This document shows, in pieces, positions 33,829 to 46,769 of a stretch of 64,000 nucleotides of DNA (positions are counted from its first letter, which is position 1; every line of letters begins with the position of its first letter). The stretch lies in assembly GCA_001687465.1 (NCBI GenBank), contig LVLI01000696.1, positions 1 through 64,000 of the forward strand, given 5' to 3'. The DNA comes from Halocafeteria seosinensis (taxonomy: Eukaryota). The translations under genes were made by a program, and so were the position numbers. The notes beneath the pieces were generated by a model. That model ran no database searches. It worked only from the letters and a program-made list of their open reading frames with translations, and had not been told where the DNA came from.

Positions 33829-36800
33829 TTATACTTGGTTACTATAGTACCTATTAAAGTCTAGTTTCATCAAGAGAACCGAAGCGGGAGACATTCCGCC
33901 AACGCGGGTAAGGTCTGCAGAGCTGACATTATGCAAGCTGCGGACCCACGCTTTTGCTATGGAACGAAGCAGTTTATGCTTGGATTGGATGAATTGTATG
34001 GAAGCCACTGGAATCGGTTCCCATGGCTTTTGAAGATACAGCTCTTGGCACACTTCCAACGAAGTCTGCATAAATTTCCGTAAGTACCCGTGAGCAATTG
34101 TATGGCCACCAACTCCACCATAGCCTACAATATTTTGTCCCAACCGCCGTTGCCGGATAAACTTATCTGTCTCCTCGTCGAAACTGTGAGGTTCCAAAAG
34201 ACACCAATAGAGCATATGTCTAACATGCTGTTCGTGCAATTCTCGAAGGGCAAGCAGGTCGGGGGATTCGTTGATAATCCTCTCGAAGAGCTCCGTCCAA
34301 CCACCTGTTAGAAGATGCTCGCTGAGGAATTGCAAGACGGAATCGATAATATGGATCGCTTCCCTTTGGACGGTATTCAAGATACTCGCCTGACTCAGCA
34401 TGGTCTCCCTTTGCCCCCTTTCCGCTGATGACGAATAGCTGCGCATCACTTTCAGCATTGTCCATACGCGCTGCAGTTCATATTGGCACCGCTTAAGTTG
34501 GAGTAGGAGGGTATGTATTCTGGCATAGCCTTCCATTATAGAAGGAGTAAGTAACTCTCTTAGGGCTGGCGGTGCATTGTATTGGGCACGCATATTCGCA
34601 GTGAAATTGATTGTCCAAACTGCTGTCGGTGCATCTTCAGCACCAGAGGGAACATTTTTATACGAAAATCGATCCGCAATACATTTATCAGTACCAGAAT
34701 TGTTTCGGCGATCTTGCAAATAGCCTTCTTGGCGTATGTTGCCAATCTCCCGACGCTTTCCCATCAATGAGCGAAGACGCTGCGCTTCGCCCCATGGATT
34801 CTGAGGCATAAACGACGAGGTATCGGTCTCCATATCCAAACGATCACCCATTTCATCCTCCTGCAAAATTTCATCATCTATTTCTTCTCCGTCTACATCA
34901 TCTGATATAGACTTCCGTACAGAATCCAGAATTTGTGAGGCCAGGAATCCATCCACGTCCGATGGCGTATCCACCTCCAACTGTAAAATACCATCAGTAC
35001 TATGTTTCCGAATATGAGGAGTTGGCGCAATTATCTCAAACAGATCAGTTAGGAAAAGACTATAAACATGTCCTTCACCTAAGAGAAACCACTGACGAAT
35101 TCCCGCGAAGTGTTCTGCTAAGGCATACCTATGGAACATCATTGCGGCGGCGGCTTCTTGAACGAACTGCGACCGATGGATCAACGGCTTTAAGATGCCT
35201 TCAGTCAGCAACGTTGTTAGAGACATCGCACAATCGGGTGAATATGTTCCTTCTTTGTCTTCGTAAATATCGTATAGTGCTTGTTGCGGGGCGGAAAATT
35301 CATCCATAGATCCAAACAAAGAGTCTCCCAATTCCCAATCATTCTGGAACTCTGCATCATTTACTCCAAACTGGAAATGGCGGATTCCGTCATTTCCCAG
35401 TGCAGGGCCGAGCTTTGCCTCGGATCGAGAAGGCTGCACCCGCAAGTGTTGCTGCGCTTCGTTCTGGTAAACAAAAGAACCGTCTTGGGAATCAAAAACG
35501 CTGAGTGAGCGCCCATGCAAATCCCCGTTGGTATTCTTTTTTTTTTTAAACGACTTGTCGGAGCTACAGCGCTCTGAGTCATTAACCATTGGCTTCTCCT
35601 CTTCAGGAGCTTGTTCGCGTTGACCTCCCGACTCTTGGCCCATAGCCGAGCTTTGTTGGTATTTAGAGAAGCTTCTCTCTCCTCCGTCCGAGCTGTTCAT
35701 CCCGCTACTGACATTTTCAATCACTGAGTCGATTTCAGGTAAAAAATGGCGTGAGACAGATATCAAGGCATCAGAATTACTACTTGAAACCTGTTCAAGA
35801 GCATTCTCCAGTTGGTTGAACTGGTTGTTTTGAAGCGTTTCTTTCAATGTTGAGGACACTTTGAGCGTTTTCAGAACTTCATGCGCCAAGTCTATGGCCG
35901 TCTCCGTAGAAGCGGTGCTTTCTGTTGCCGACGAGTTCATCAAACGATGGAGGCGCTTTCCATATAATTTCAGCAGATGGTCGCGGGCCTCTCGGTATAG
36001 TGTAGAATCTTTCGACACTAAGTTCCACGGGAAGGAGAAGTTTTTCTGCTTCGTGCGTTCTTCCTCCTCCCGTGCCTTGCTCCCATACTCTTGTTGTTCC
36101 TCTAGCTGTCGCTTCATTCTGTAGTATTCTGATTGCTTCGCTGCTACAGCCTTCATATGTTCCAAAGAGCGTTCTTCTTCGCGTTCTGCTGCAGCAGCAC
36201 GGGCCCGATTAATTTGCTTCTTCCGTTTTCTCATTTTTTGCAGATATTTTTGCGAAGTTCTCAACTGCAGTTGAGCTAAACCATGTTGTAACGGTTGTAA
36301 TTCACTACCACAGACAAGAGGAGACGCTGAATTGCTAATGCTGCTGAACGCTATTGAAGTTGCAAGCCAATTTGCTGAATTGTATGAAGCTACACTGCCC
36401 GGACCGGCGCGTATACGTTCTGACGGAGGGACTGCAAACGTAAAGGATTCTGTGCTGACTGTTTCTGCATCAGCATGCCTCTCGTCGATCGATTGATCCG
36501 GAAACTGACGTTCGCCCGAGTCTTCACGGTTAGCTCGTTCGACTGCTAATACAGTAGCCCCAGTCAATACACCACATGCCTGGACAACTGGCAGGCCCCA
36601 TAAGTAGGCGGCACCGGCTCCTATGCCAACCCCAAGAGGACCATTGTGCCAAGCAGTCTGCTTCTCAAATAGTGATTGTATCTTATGCTCTCGATCAGAA
36701 TAGACACTCCCATTTCCCGTCGTAACGCCTTTCCGTGTACCATTCGGAGTTCTTTTAGTCTCATTTCTCTTTAATCGCGACCTTTTTCGGCGTTGCAATC

Positions 36801-39354
36801 GACGCTTTTGTATAGATGAAGGTGACTTCGTGGGTACACTCTGTTCGTCATCCTCCTTTTCTTCAAGCTGTTCATCATCTTCTTCAGGCACGGTTGTCAA
36901 TCCATTAGTAGATGCCATGGCTTTGGTTCGTCGATGACGGCTCTTCTTCCTTCTTGGTCCCGAAACGCTGCTTGCCTGTTCAACACCCGCAGGTAAACGG
37001 TGTTGCGAAATTGAGCTCGAATCCAGCAGGTGTCGAAATGAGTAGTTGACAGACAAAGAGCGTTCAGATTTAGCCCTCCCAGACTTCTTCGTGGAAATCG
37101 AGTACGGCGCACTCTCGGCGCCAACAAAAGATTGAGCTAGCATTGAAGAAGTCATATCTGAACCGGTAGAGCTGACATTATCTGCTTCCATGGCTGCTTC
37201 TGCCTCATTGTTATGGTAAAAATCTAGAACGTCCTGAACACTACATCCAATATCACGGCAAACACATTCGACTACCTGCGCTCTGCATGAATGAAAAGTT
37301 GACTTCCATTTATTGAGACTTGTCTCGGCCTCTTCTAACGTTCGAGGTATCCACAACGTGAAGCGGGAAGAACGAAGGTTGCATGCGGCATAGTAATCCA
37401 TTGCAAATTTCTTCAGCAGCCGCAGAGCTTTTGCAGTGTTTCCGAGAAGCTCGCCAAACGTTGCCTGCTCTGTCGCGTCTAAAGACACTAGGAATCTTGG
37501 GAGTGGCACACGATTCTCTTTGATTCCAGACGATGCTTCGTGTATGGTTAACGCCGTCCCACTAACCACCATATGGGTAATTCGGTCAAACAGCGGATGT
37601 ATTCCTTCTGTTAAGATTTTGAAAAGAGGCCGAACAGTGACAGGGTTTTCGACAGTACGACCATCATTGTTTGACTCTTTCCGGAGCCATTGCCGACTTA
37701 GATGTTGAAATACAAGCTCTAATCTGTCCACGCCGCAAAGTGATTCGGAGCACTCCATCGGTTCGGGGAAGAGCTTCCGTAATAATGCAATCATGTCCTT
37801 CGGCAGACTCAGGGATTGTAGGATAGTCTCTGGGTAGAGTTCTCCCTTTTGGTTGATTACATCTGAGGCTATCCTGAGGACCCGATTCTGACACTTTCGC
37901 ATCAAGGAGGTACACGTGGTGCATAATGCCACGGAAACCTCCGCATTTGCTCGATCAGAGAGAGTCGCATCACTGCGCGTCAAGATTGCATGAGACTCCA
38001 TTTTAAGCGTAGATATTCTGCTTTCAATGGCGCATACCCCGTCTCCTAAAATATCGCACGAATTCACCACCCTGCAAGGTAGATTGGACAGCTGCTTCCT
38101 ACTGCGTATGTTGTGGAAATAGAGTCGATAATATTGAGGGCAAATACTGAGAATAAGCATAGTCCACAGTTCATATCGAACTCGGACTTGACCAGAGCTT
38201 TTAAATTCCGGAGTGTGAGTCTTCATGTTGGCAGCAAATGATGAAGCAATGTGCTTCAGTTTGTCCCGCCCTCGTAAGTTGCTTTTGCTAGTAAGTGTGC
38301 CGCTCTCGTCCGGGACATTCGATAGGGTCTTTGCAGTTATACCAGGAAGTTCATACGTTTCTTTGTCCACGTAAAAGGATCCGAGGGATTTAGACGACTC
38401 GCTCGACGTATTTTCATGTTTGCGTTGTCCTCTTGCTAAAGAAGAGGACGACTGCATTACCGAAGCCACTCGCGCTCCCGATAGCAAATCTTCGTTGAAA
38501 CCTGAAATAGGTAAGCTCAGTTGCACGTGCGCCATGCTTGCTTGAGATGACTCCTCCTGAAAGTGGTAAATATCTCCCAGCTGAGGCATTTCTACCGGAG
38601 GCCTATGCTGGATGGCCCCAAACAGATGTGAGACCTGGTGATCCTTGGAGAGGCTGCTGAAGCCCGTGGGAATTAAATCGTTGAACGCGAAACCCCCGTC
38701 TGTGGCGTCTAACTTCCCGTTATTGGTAGGATCATCGCCACCATTCAACCAGTGTCTCACAGTTCGCACGTCTTCAACGGTATTCGACTCTGCAAATGTT
38801 CTGGTGCTGCGATCTTGAGCACGCAACTCCAGACCGAGAGCGTCTCGACAGTTTTTGCTATCTAACTTGGGATGCCCCACAGCTTGCTCAAATTCATAGT
38901 TGCCCGTGTGCAGGCCTTCAGTTTTAGATCCTTTCAGTAAGGATAATATCACCAAAACCGGTTTGACTTGCTCGCTCCACAAGTCTGGGTCCCCGATGCG
39001 AATTCTCTTCAAAGCTTGCAGGACACTTCCGATACGCCGCGTATACGACGTGTCCGATCTTGTCTGAGCATACACGAATGCGCTATTCAATAGAGTTCCT
39101 TCCAGTTCATCATGTACTGGGGCCCTTCCAGGCTCAATTCCACGTTCTTCCGGGAAGATTAGCGCGTCCCACACTTCCTTTTCCAGGGGCGATAGGCATC
39201 TTGGCTCATCATGCTTTCGTGTTAAAGCCTTATGCTGTTTGTATGTGCGTCTTGGTAGCAAAAATGGGCTTGTATACGCCCCGGAAGAGGAAGCAGGCTC
39301 CAAACGGGCCGCCAGGCGCCTGATTTGATCTTGAATGCTTCCATCCACCGACAT
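33829..39354 (-). CDS. Gamma-tubulin complex component, GCP6-like
   Basis: GRIP2 motifs HFAGIRQWFLLGEG, YARIHTLLLQLKRCQYEL, LHEQHV and LLMKLDFNRYY; large central coiled-coil insertion as in GCP6. Confidence 0.75.
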   Translation of the reverse strand: MSVDGSIQDQIRRLAARLEPASSSGAYTSPFLLPRRTYKQHKALTRKHDEPRCLSPLEKEVWDALIFPEERGIEPGRAPVHDELEGTLLNSAFVYAQTRSDTSYTRRIGSVLQALKRIRIGDPDLWSEQVKPVLVILSLLKGSKTEGLHTGNYEFEQAVGHPKLDSKNCRDALGLELRAQDRSTRTFAESNTVEDVRTVRHWLNGGDDPTNNGKLDATDGGFAFNDLIPTGFSSLSKDHQVSHLFGAIQHRPPVEMPQLGDIYHFQEESSQASMAHVQLSLPISGFNEDLLSGARVASVMQSSSSLARGQRKHENTSSESSKSLGSFYVDKETYELPGITAKTLSNVPDESGTLTSKSNLRGRDKLKHIASSFAANMKTHTPEFKSSGQVRVRYELWTMLILSICPQYYRLYFHNIRSRKQLSNLPCRVVNSCDILGDGVCAIESRISTLKMESHAILTRSDATLSDRANAEVSVALCTTCTSLMRKCQNRVLRIASDVINQKGELYPETILQSLSLPKDMIALLRKLFPEPMECSESLCGVDRLELVFQHLSRQWLRKESNNDGRTVENPVTVRPLFKILTEGIHPLFDRITHMVVSGTALTIHEASSGIKENRVPLPRFLVSLDATEQATFGELLGNTAKALRLLKKFAMDYYAACNLRSSRFTLWIPRTLEEAETSLNKWKSTFHSCRAQVVECVCRDIGCSVQDVLDFYHNNEAEAAMEADNVSSTGSDMTSSMLAQSFVGAESAPYSISTKKSGRAKSERSLSVNYSFRHLLDSSSISQHRLPAGVEQASSVSGPRRKKSRHRRTKAMASTNGLTTVPEEDDEQLEEKEDDEQSVPTKSPSSIQKRRLQRRKRSRLKRNETKRTPNGTRKGVTTGNGSVYSDREHKIQSLFEKQTAWHNGPLGVGIGAGAAYLWGLPVVQACGVLTGATVLAVERANREDSGERQFPDQSIDERHADAETVSTESFTFAVPPSERIRAGPGSVASYNSANWLATSIAFSSISNSASPLVCGSELQPLQHGLAQLQLRTSQKYLQKMRKRKKQINRARAAAAEREEERSLEHMKAVAAKQSEYYRMKRQLEEQQEYGSKAREEEERTKQKNFSFPWNLVSKDSTLYREARDHLLKLYGKRLHRLMNSSATESTASTETAIDLAHEVLKTLKVSSTLKETLQNNQFNQLENALEQVSSSNSDALISVSRHFLPEIDSVIENVSSGMNSSDGGERSFSKYQQSSAMGQESGGQREQAPEEEKPMVNDSERCSSDKSFKKKKNTNGDLHGRSLSVFDSQDGSFVYQNEAQQHLRVQPSRSEAKLGPALGNDGIRHFQFGVNDAEFQNDWELGDSLFGSMDEFSAPQQALYDIYEDKEGTYSPDCAMSLTTLLTEGILKPLIHRSQFVQEAAAAMMFHRYALAEHFAGIRQWFLLGEGHVYSLFLTDLFEIIAPTPHIRKHSTDGILQLEVDTPSDVDGFLASQILDSVRKSISDDVDGEEIDDEILQEDEMGDRLDMETDTSSFMPQNPWGEAQRLRSLMGKRREIGNIRQEGYLQDRRNNSGTDKCIADRFSYKNVPSGAEDAPTAVWTINFTANMRAQYNAPPALRELLTPSIMEGYARIHTLLLQLKRCQYELQRVWTMLKVMRSYSSSAERGQRETMLSQASILNTVQREAIHIIDSVLQFLSEHLLTGGWTELFERIINESPDLLALRELHEQHVRHMLYWCLLEPHSFDEETDKFIRQRRLGQNIVGYGGVGGHTIAHGYLRKFMQTSLEVCQELYLQKPWEPIPVASIQFIQSKHKLLRSIAKAWVRSLHNVSSADLTRVGGMSPASVLLMKLDFNRYYSNQV

Positions 39355-39735
39355 TATACTACTCCCCTTGGTTTGTATGAATCACATCAGGTAGTAGACA
39401 TGCATTCACATTGCTATGTATATCATATGCGCATTAATAACAATTCCAATGGGGCTTCATTCCGCTGATGAGCGGTGATAGCACCACAGACGATGCTCTG
39501 TCGTCTCCAGAGACGACGCCGAGTACAAGCCAACGGCAATACGATCGTCTATGAGACTCTAACTACGTAATAAACGATACATAGACGCCAATAATAAAGG
39601 CTGTAAACAAAAGTGTGCGAAAAGATTGTCGCATTTTCCAATTCAAATTCATTTCAAACAGGATAGTCTGTTTGAATGATCGTGTATTGTGTGTCCCTTG
39701 TGTGTCTCTCAAGTCCATCCTACTTGTATAGCGCC

Positions 39736-41697
39736 ATGTCAGCTAGTGGCAACGCCACGGGTGCGCTGAAATCGCACCTGTCGTTCTATTGGTCCCAACC
39801 GCGCGGTGAGCTCACCCTTCAAAATTTTGAAGCCTATGCTTTGGATCGCCTCAAAGGTGGGTATATCCATTCCGAATACATAAGAGTGCATACCTACTAG
39901 CTAGTTTAGAGTCTCACCTTTCATTTGCAACTGTTGTTTTGCTGATCGACGCAGTATTGAAAAAGGTTGAGCAACTTAAAGCTCAAGGCACCAAACGGGA
40001 CGCGTTGGAGCGCGAGATTCGTGAAACATGCAAGGTGAATCTAGGAGGCGATATAGCCACAGACCCAAGGCCTTCCGAGGAAATGATCGCGAAGGATGAC
40101 GTCTCTCATCACATCCTGCGGCTAGTTTTCTGTCAATCGGATGAGAAGAGGCAGTGGTTCTTGACCCAGGAGCTGGCGCTATTCAAGTAAGCTCTTGGAT
40201 TTAGCTTGTTCCAGTCGTTGTGGCAGAAATGTATGTTCGTACGTGCGCGTGTGTGTGTCTGGATCTTTCTCCACAGATACCGAATCGAACAGCATCGAAG
40301 TTCCAACAAAATGCAGGACTTCCTGCAGAGAAATGGATTAAAGTTCGAACAGGTAAGAATTGCCCAGCCACGGTTGGTAGTTGGGTTCAAGTGTACTTTA
40401 TGCATTCATTTTTCATGCGTTTACTATTGTTTCGAACAGCTTTCTGAAAAAAGGAGAGATCACATGGAAGATGATCTCTTCTGTGTCTACCAATCCAGAA
40501 GTTACGATAATACTCCCCACATGGAACAAAGAAGAAATCATAGGAGTTTAAGCTACTACGTTGTCCCTTTCGAAGAAGTTAAGGATCTCGTCTCAAAGCG
40601 GCATGTCCTACTGCGAAAGGGAATGGCATATGTTCCACACGACAGCGTAGTCTCTGTGATCCTCACGAAGTTCAAATTACATGTGAGTGGCGTATCCTAT
40701 CAATATGCGTTGTGATACACATGCAGTTCCTTGTCATCAATTGCTTCTTACAGCTCAACAAGGCTCTTGCATACGCCAGCAGATGGCTCAGTTTAAACTT
40801 GAATGATGAGCGTATAGAACCCCTACTCAAGAATTTGAGTACCGCATACACTGGACCAGCGTATGATGGCTCCGCCCAACATAACGGCGAAACTATTTCT
40901 GCAGACGATGTCGACGGCGTAAGTCAACCAACGGCTCGTTCAACTGTTGCAGCACCAGCTAAGACCCACCTTCTTTGTATGTGCTACAGCTTTGCAAACA
41001 ATCATTCCCGCTGTGCATGCGTAACTTACACGAATCCTTGCGCCGAGAGAGTCACTTAAGGCATGCGGGGAGAATGCAATACGGCCTGTTTCTTAAAGGC
41101 TTGGGACTTCCTCTAGATGAGGCCTTACGATTTTGGCAAACAGCGTTTTCGAAAAAAATCGGTGCTGATGAATTTGTCAAAAAGTACAAATACAATATTC
41201 GACACAACTACGGTAAAGAAGGAAAACGGGCGAATTACACGCCCTACTCGTGCCAGAAAATAATTCTTGGGGGTGCTCCTGGAGCAGGTGAGCACCACGG
41301 ATGCCCATACAAGCACTGGGACCCAGAAAGGTTATCTTCGAAACTAATGAACATGGGTATTAGTGGGGAAAACAGGGGCGAGATCATGCGAAACGTCCGA
41401 TCCGGTGATTACCAACTGGCATGCAGAGCTGAATTCCAAGCCCGACATCCGGATGCTGTTCCGGGAGATGTGGGTAATCACCCCAATGCTTACGTTAACG
41501 AATCAAGGCAGTACTTCGCAGAAAAGAACGGTGAAGGTCCGTCCAATCAGACTACAACTCCTTCGAAGAACCCTGCCGGCTCTCCGATGATGACTCCTCC
41601 ACCGAAGAAGCAGGCTCAAGAAGCAACGCCAGGCTCGACGGAGCCGTCTGATACCCAGGATGGAACACCTCCCAAGAGAGCGAGAGTAGAGTACTAG
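39736..41697 (+). CDS. PRIM2: DNA primase large subunit (Fe-S), spliced
   Basis: FEAYALDRLK, DDVSHHILRL, FPLCMR, HLRHAGRMQYGLFLKG, YNIRHNYGKEGKRANYTPYSC, HGCPY and HPNAY. Confidence 0.95.
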
Positions 41698-41764
41698 GCC
41701 AAGAGCGACCAATACCAGTACAATGAGACATCGATCAAGGCGGGTGTTTCTACTTAAGCATTCA

Positions 41765-44700
41765 CTATCTGTAACCATGTGCTTCTAAGAAGTCCTCACA
41801 TTTTTTCTTCACATGCGGCATGTGAGATTTCTCGTATACCTGCTGCACCATCGAAGGGTCCTTACTCTTGATAGCAGCATCTGCTGCTTCATTGAGTTTT
41901 GCGTCCCTGGATAGCACTCAGCATGATGGTATGGTACAATCAGTGCGAAACTAGGTCACGCACAACTAGTAATTGACTTACCCCATGCGTAAGAAAAACC
42001 TTGCTTTTTCACCGTTGTCAGTCACTTTTTCAATTAAAGAGGTAGTAACATCATTGGGGGCCTCGTACTGTAGAGCCACTTCTACGAATGATCCATAGTC
42101 GACAGGAAGTTTTTTCTTTGCAGCGTATTCTTTTAACGCGTCCCATTTTTTATTTTCGGCAAGTGAAACCATCATAATGTAGCAGAAACTGAAGAAGATA
42201 TTCAAGAAAGCATAGAATGATCCCGATTATACCGTCTTTTAGCATTTAAGCGACTTACCGTAAATCTGATTCCTTGAAATGTTGTTTCAAGTCCAAGGCT
42301 TCGCGTTGGTGTCCGGATCTTATAAGCACGTTCAGTGTGTCGTGAAGGGACCTCTGGTCTTTCAATGGAGCCTCTATGTCAGTTTCCAACTTTTCTTGGC
42401 TTTCCAGTAAGGACGCGTGCTCTTTTGCCAATTTCGCATATGATGAATACGCTTTGTGCCCAAGGGGTGGTTTCTGTTGACTACCCTGAGTCCATAGCCT
42501 TTCAGCTTCTCGTAAGTGCTCCTTCAGCGTTCGTCGAGTATGGCCAATTGGGCGACTTATTTCTTCATCCTGACGCTCTCTTGAAATTGTCTGAAGGCGA
42601 TCCATAGCCCTCCCTGCTGCAGCGCCGCGACTGTGAACGAATTCCTCCTCGGAACCCGCTTTATCTTCCCGGGAGGTAGCCTGTAGAGTTTCTCTTGCAG
42701 ACTCTGTTACCCCTTCGTCGTAGATACCAAATCCACGTCTAATTTGTGCCAGGCCCAACTCCGAAAATAGATTCCACTCCTCTCTAATGCGGCGAAGAAG
42801 TCGATGGTCGCACTGCCACGCAAACTTATAAAGCAATTGCGCTGCACGCGGATGCCTCACCACAAGTCGCAAGTACTTGCTCAGTCCGGCATCTTCTCCT
42901 CGCTCTGTGATCAGTCTCGAGCGAATCTGATCTAATGACATATGAATTAAGTTCGAGTTACACGAAGTGCACGCTTTATCCAGGGCTAGGTTCAGTTCTC
43001 CCATCTGCAGTAAGAGGGGTACTTGTTGGGCTGGTTTTTTCTCATAGTTCAGTAATTCCGTAGCCAGCAAAGTGTTACCCGCTTCGTGAGCAGAAGATGC
43101 AATGTTGGCGAAAGAGACTTCCTGGGAGGAGGAATCGCTGGTCGCCCGAGCTGTTGCACCAATAAACGGAGGCAGCCTGATTTCCTGTCGCTGCGAAGAA
43201 GCTTGGTTTGTAAGAGTATCTCCGGTCAGGCGCCTAACCTGGTATACAAGTTTCTTGCAAAACTCTGCGGCAGAGTGCCCCGCTTCCGGTGATTTCACCT
43301 TTTCACAAGCCCATTGTTCAATAACTGGACCCTTCGAGCCCCCAATGTAGTCACACAACTGAAGAGCCAACTTGAAATGTCCCCGCGCAGCCAGCCTGGC
43401 AATTAAGGCCTTCTCGCTCAAAGACGACAGCTGTCGATCGGTCAGACATATGCCTATATCCGGCCGCCTAATCTCATTAAGAATACGGAGGCGCTTGGCT
43501 ACATTAGCAAATTTGCTCGGAATAAAGTCAACATCAAACGATTTGCCGTACGATGCTGCTCGTAAAAAGTTCTGCTGCCGAGACGCATCCCATTCATGAG
43601 AGGCGATTTCAAGAGAACCCGCGATAGCACTACTGAGATTGCTATTCTTTCGAAGCTCTCGAATAAAGTCATCACATCGGGAATCCCCGGTTTGGAATGC
43701 ATTCATAGCCTGGTAGAGTTCGGGTGTAGGACCCACCGTGTCACGCATCTCCAACAAACCTGGTGGGACAGGTTCGATTACATCATGAGTCCAGTTAGTA
43801 ACCACACGAATGCAGTCCAATTCTTGCACAGCGGCAAGGCTACCTGACGCAACTAGCCCGGAAGAAGAAGTTACTGCTTCCTTGTAATGAAGCACAACCC
43901 TGCTCCAAGCTACACCCAACATATGCACTTCTCCTGGATAGACGATAGCTATACCGGCATAGGCACACCAAAGCAACTGGCTCGGTAGCTCTTTCACCCC
44001 AGAATCGATGGTAGTGATACTATTGTCGTTGACATCCAACACACACAGTGTACCGGATTCGTCAAACAAAGCTAGATCATCTCCTTCCGGAGCCACAGCT
44101 ATCATTTTCACTACACCCGGTAAAGATACGGGAACGTGTTCCACAGTGACACTGGCTGCGCCGGACACATCGGCCTTGAGGTAAATCAAGCCTCGAAAGG
44201 GTGTTGCGACAATAAAACACGGAGCCCTACGCTTTACATGAAAGGCATCAAATATACCGACAGCCGACGGGTGTTCACCTGCTCCAATTTCAAGCGTCAC
44301 GTGATCGCTTCTTCCAAAAATTAGGTTTTTGTAATCCTGCGGCGAAGCTGCCTCCCCCGTGGGCTCATGGATTCCAGCGGGAATGTGACCCAATGTTTCC
44401 CTGGGTCTAGAGAGATCCGAAATCATATGAACGGTATATTCGTAACGGGACTGTAGCATGCGCTGGTGCTGGCTACTGGATGAAATTGTGATACGAGCTT
44501 CTGAAACAGCAACAAGGGCATTCATGCTCGTTGTACACTGGGTCAATGATATCTCCTGCCCTTCTCGCTGTTTCATACTTTCGAACAAGGATAGGGAACT
44601 AGGCAGCCGTCTCCCGGTAAAAGCATTAAATATGTCCACCTGCCCATTTTCATACACAGCCACAACATATTCATCGATCGTCCATCCCAGATGTAAGATG

Positions 44701-45533
44701 CGAGACCGAAGAGCCTCGCTAGAGGGCATACAAGACGCAAGCTGGACCACAAAAACATTATCACAAACCCAGCTGAATATACTTGGTCTTATTTGTATGA
44801 GGAGCGAGCAAACATACTTTGACTCCTGTCCCAGAAAATGTGTGCACCTTGTGATATTCTGAAGACTTGGTTAGCTCAGTTAACCGTCGGGGGTTCTTGA
44901 CCGTAGCAATGTTACCTGAGAGGACAAGGGTCGCATAAATTTCGCTCCTGATCTCCTGAGCGAAGAAGCAATAGACATAGACTCACCTCCGAACGGAGCC
45001 ACTGCGACGACACACTGGTTCATATCCGGAAACTCTGAGGTAAATGAGGCCTCCTTGTCAGTTCCTTCGTACGGGTTCTTGGGGTTCCCCACACGAATTG
45101 TGCGGATTTCGTAGTCATCCAGGGTATGCCAGTCCGTCGTATCCACCATAGCACCTCCATCTTCATCATCGTCTAACAGGTCCAAGGTAGCTTTAGATGG
45201 CTGTATAGAGGCCGATGTGTCCGAAAAGTCCTGTTTCCGGCCGCCTTCGTCCGGTTTTTGGGCCCTTGGTTGATCTTTGCGCTCCCATACGCCTCCCACG
45301 ACCGAGCCCAGGAGTTCATCGACCATCTTAGGGTTAAGTCTGTCGACAAAATTACGTATATTGACGCCTGAAAGATCCCCAGTGCTCCTACCGCCTGTGA
45401 AATCACTGTCATCTCCTCCACTGTCTCGATGTCGATGCTGCCGAGAGCTCGTGGACGAGAAAGACCGGGATTCAGTCCCGCGATTTCCTCCTCCACCAGA
45501 AGGGAACAGAGTATTATTTTGACCACTGCTCAT
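41765..45533 (-). CDS. VPS16: Vacuolar protein sorting 16 (HOPS/CORVET subunit), spliced
   Basis: VAVAPFGG, LRAASYGKSF, LRILNEIR...IGICLT, WACEKV, VSFANIA and QQVPLLLQMGE. Confidence 0.85.
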
Positions 45534-45752
45534 TATACTATCCTCTCTGGTACTGATATTTCCTCTCGTGACATCAATACGCCGTGTCTACACACATATG
45601 TTATAGATACGTGCGGTATGCGCCAAGGGGGCGAACATCAAGACATAGGATGCATATCCAAAGTGGAACTATAGATGCGTCAGCTTTTTCTTTCTTTCCC
45701 CAGATCACACAGGACCATTTCCAGTGGCTGCATACGTTCAAATTCCTGATAT

Positions 45753-46656
45753 ATGCCCTCGAAAAACTGCAGGAAGAAAGGTGTAGCAGCCAGGATCTGT
45801 TCTTTGTCTTTCACTTCGTGTGGCCACGAAGTTCCCGTTGTGAACGTGGAGGTGAAAGGCGCGCGATATACAGTCAACGGCCGCAAATGCGTGCATTGTT
45901 TTGTCGTTCTGACGAGTAAGCGTTATAATGTACGGCATAGGGCCGACAAATACGGGCGTTGGTGGGCGTAAGTGTTCACTCTTCCTTGCGGCACCACACT
46001 ATACGCTGATTGTCTTTCTTATATGGTATGCAGCACGCGCTCGCCACGTTGAACGCAGTCTTGTAGGAGCTGGAAGTGGAGGGTCGGCGGAGAATCCTGT
46101 GGCTGCCAAGAACTCTCAACAGTCTACCAGTAAACGAAAAAACAGGCCAGCACTGGGTGAAATATCAGCAAACACCTCTTGGAAGGGAGCATCTAAGCCT
46201 TCTAAGGATGTTTCCAAAAACCAGAAGAAAAACGCGCCTCAACCTCTTCCAACCCCTACACCAGGACGTACAAACCACAAGAACGCAGACTGCAGCCGAG
46301 GTCTGTCTCTAGCAGAAATGCATCCCTCAGAATGGCCGGAAGATGAACTACAGTATGAAGACTTTGCGGGAGGCAGGTCGTCATCACCAACAACCAGAGA
46401 TATCGATAAGGACGAACGGGAGTATCTTGGCCTAGACAAGGTGTGCAGAGAACCCAATAGCCCCCCAGCTCCAAGACCCTGGCGAAGTTCCTTAAATGAT
46501 ACCATCGGCGAAGAACTTAGCAAAATGACCGATGATGACATCTTGAACTGGGATTTAACAGATGTTGAGAACTGTTCTAATAACAAGCACAAGGCACAAG
46601 GTCAGAACGATCAACATCGCGATGGAAATGAGAACGAGAACGACCTCGGCCTTTAA
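45753..46656 (+). CDS. Hypothetical protein, Cys-containing N-terminal exon plus low-complexity C-terminus
   Basis: ORF 45753 can be spliced at GTAAGC (45916) into the frame of ORF 45928-46656; RPALGEISAN is D-box-like. Confidence 0.4.
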
Positions 46657-46769
46657 CAGCCTGAGATACCATATATATATATATATATACTGGTAGTGCA
46701 TAGCTACTAGTATGTATACGTTCGAGAATCGCTCGTAAATTCAAAGAAAATAAATATAAACGTTGGATG

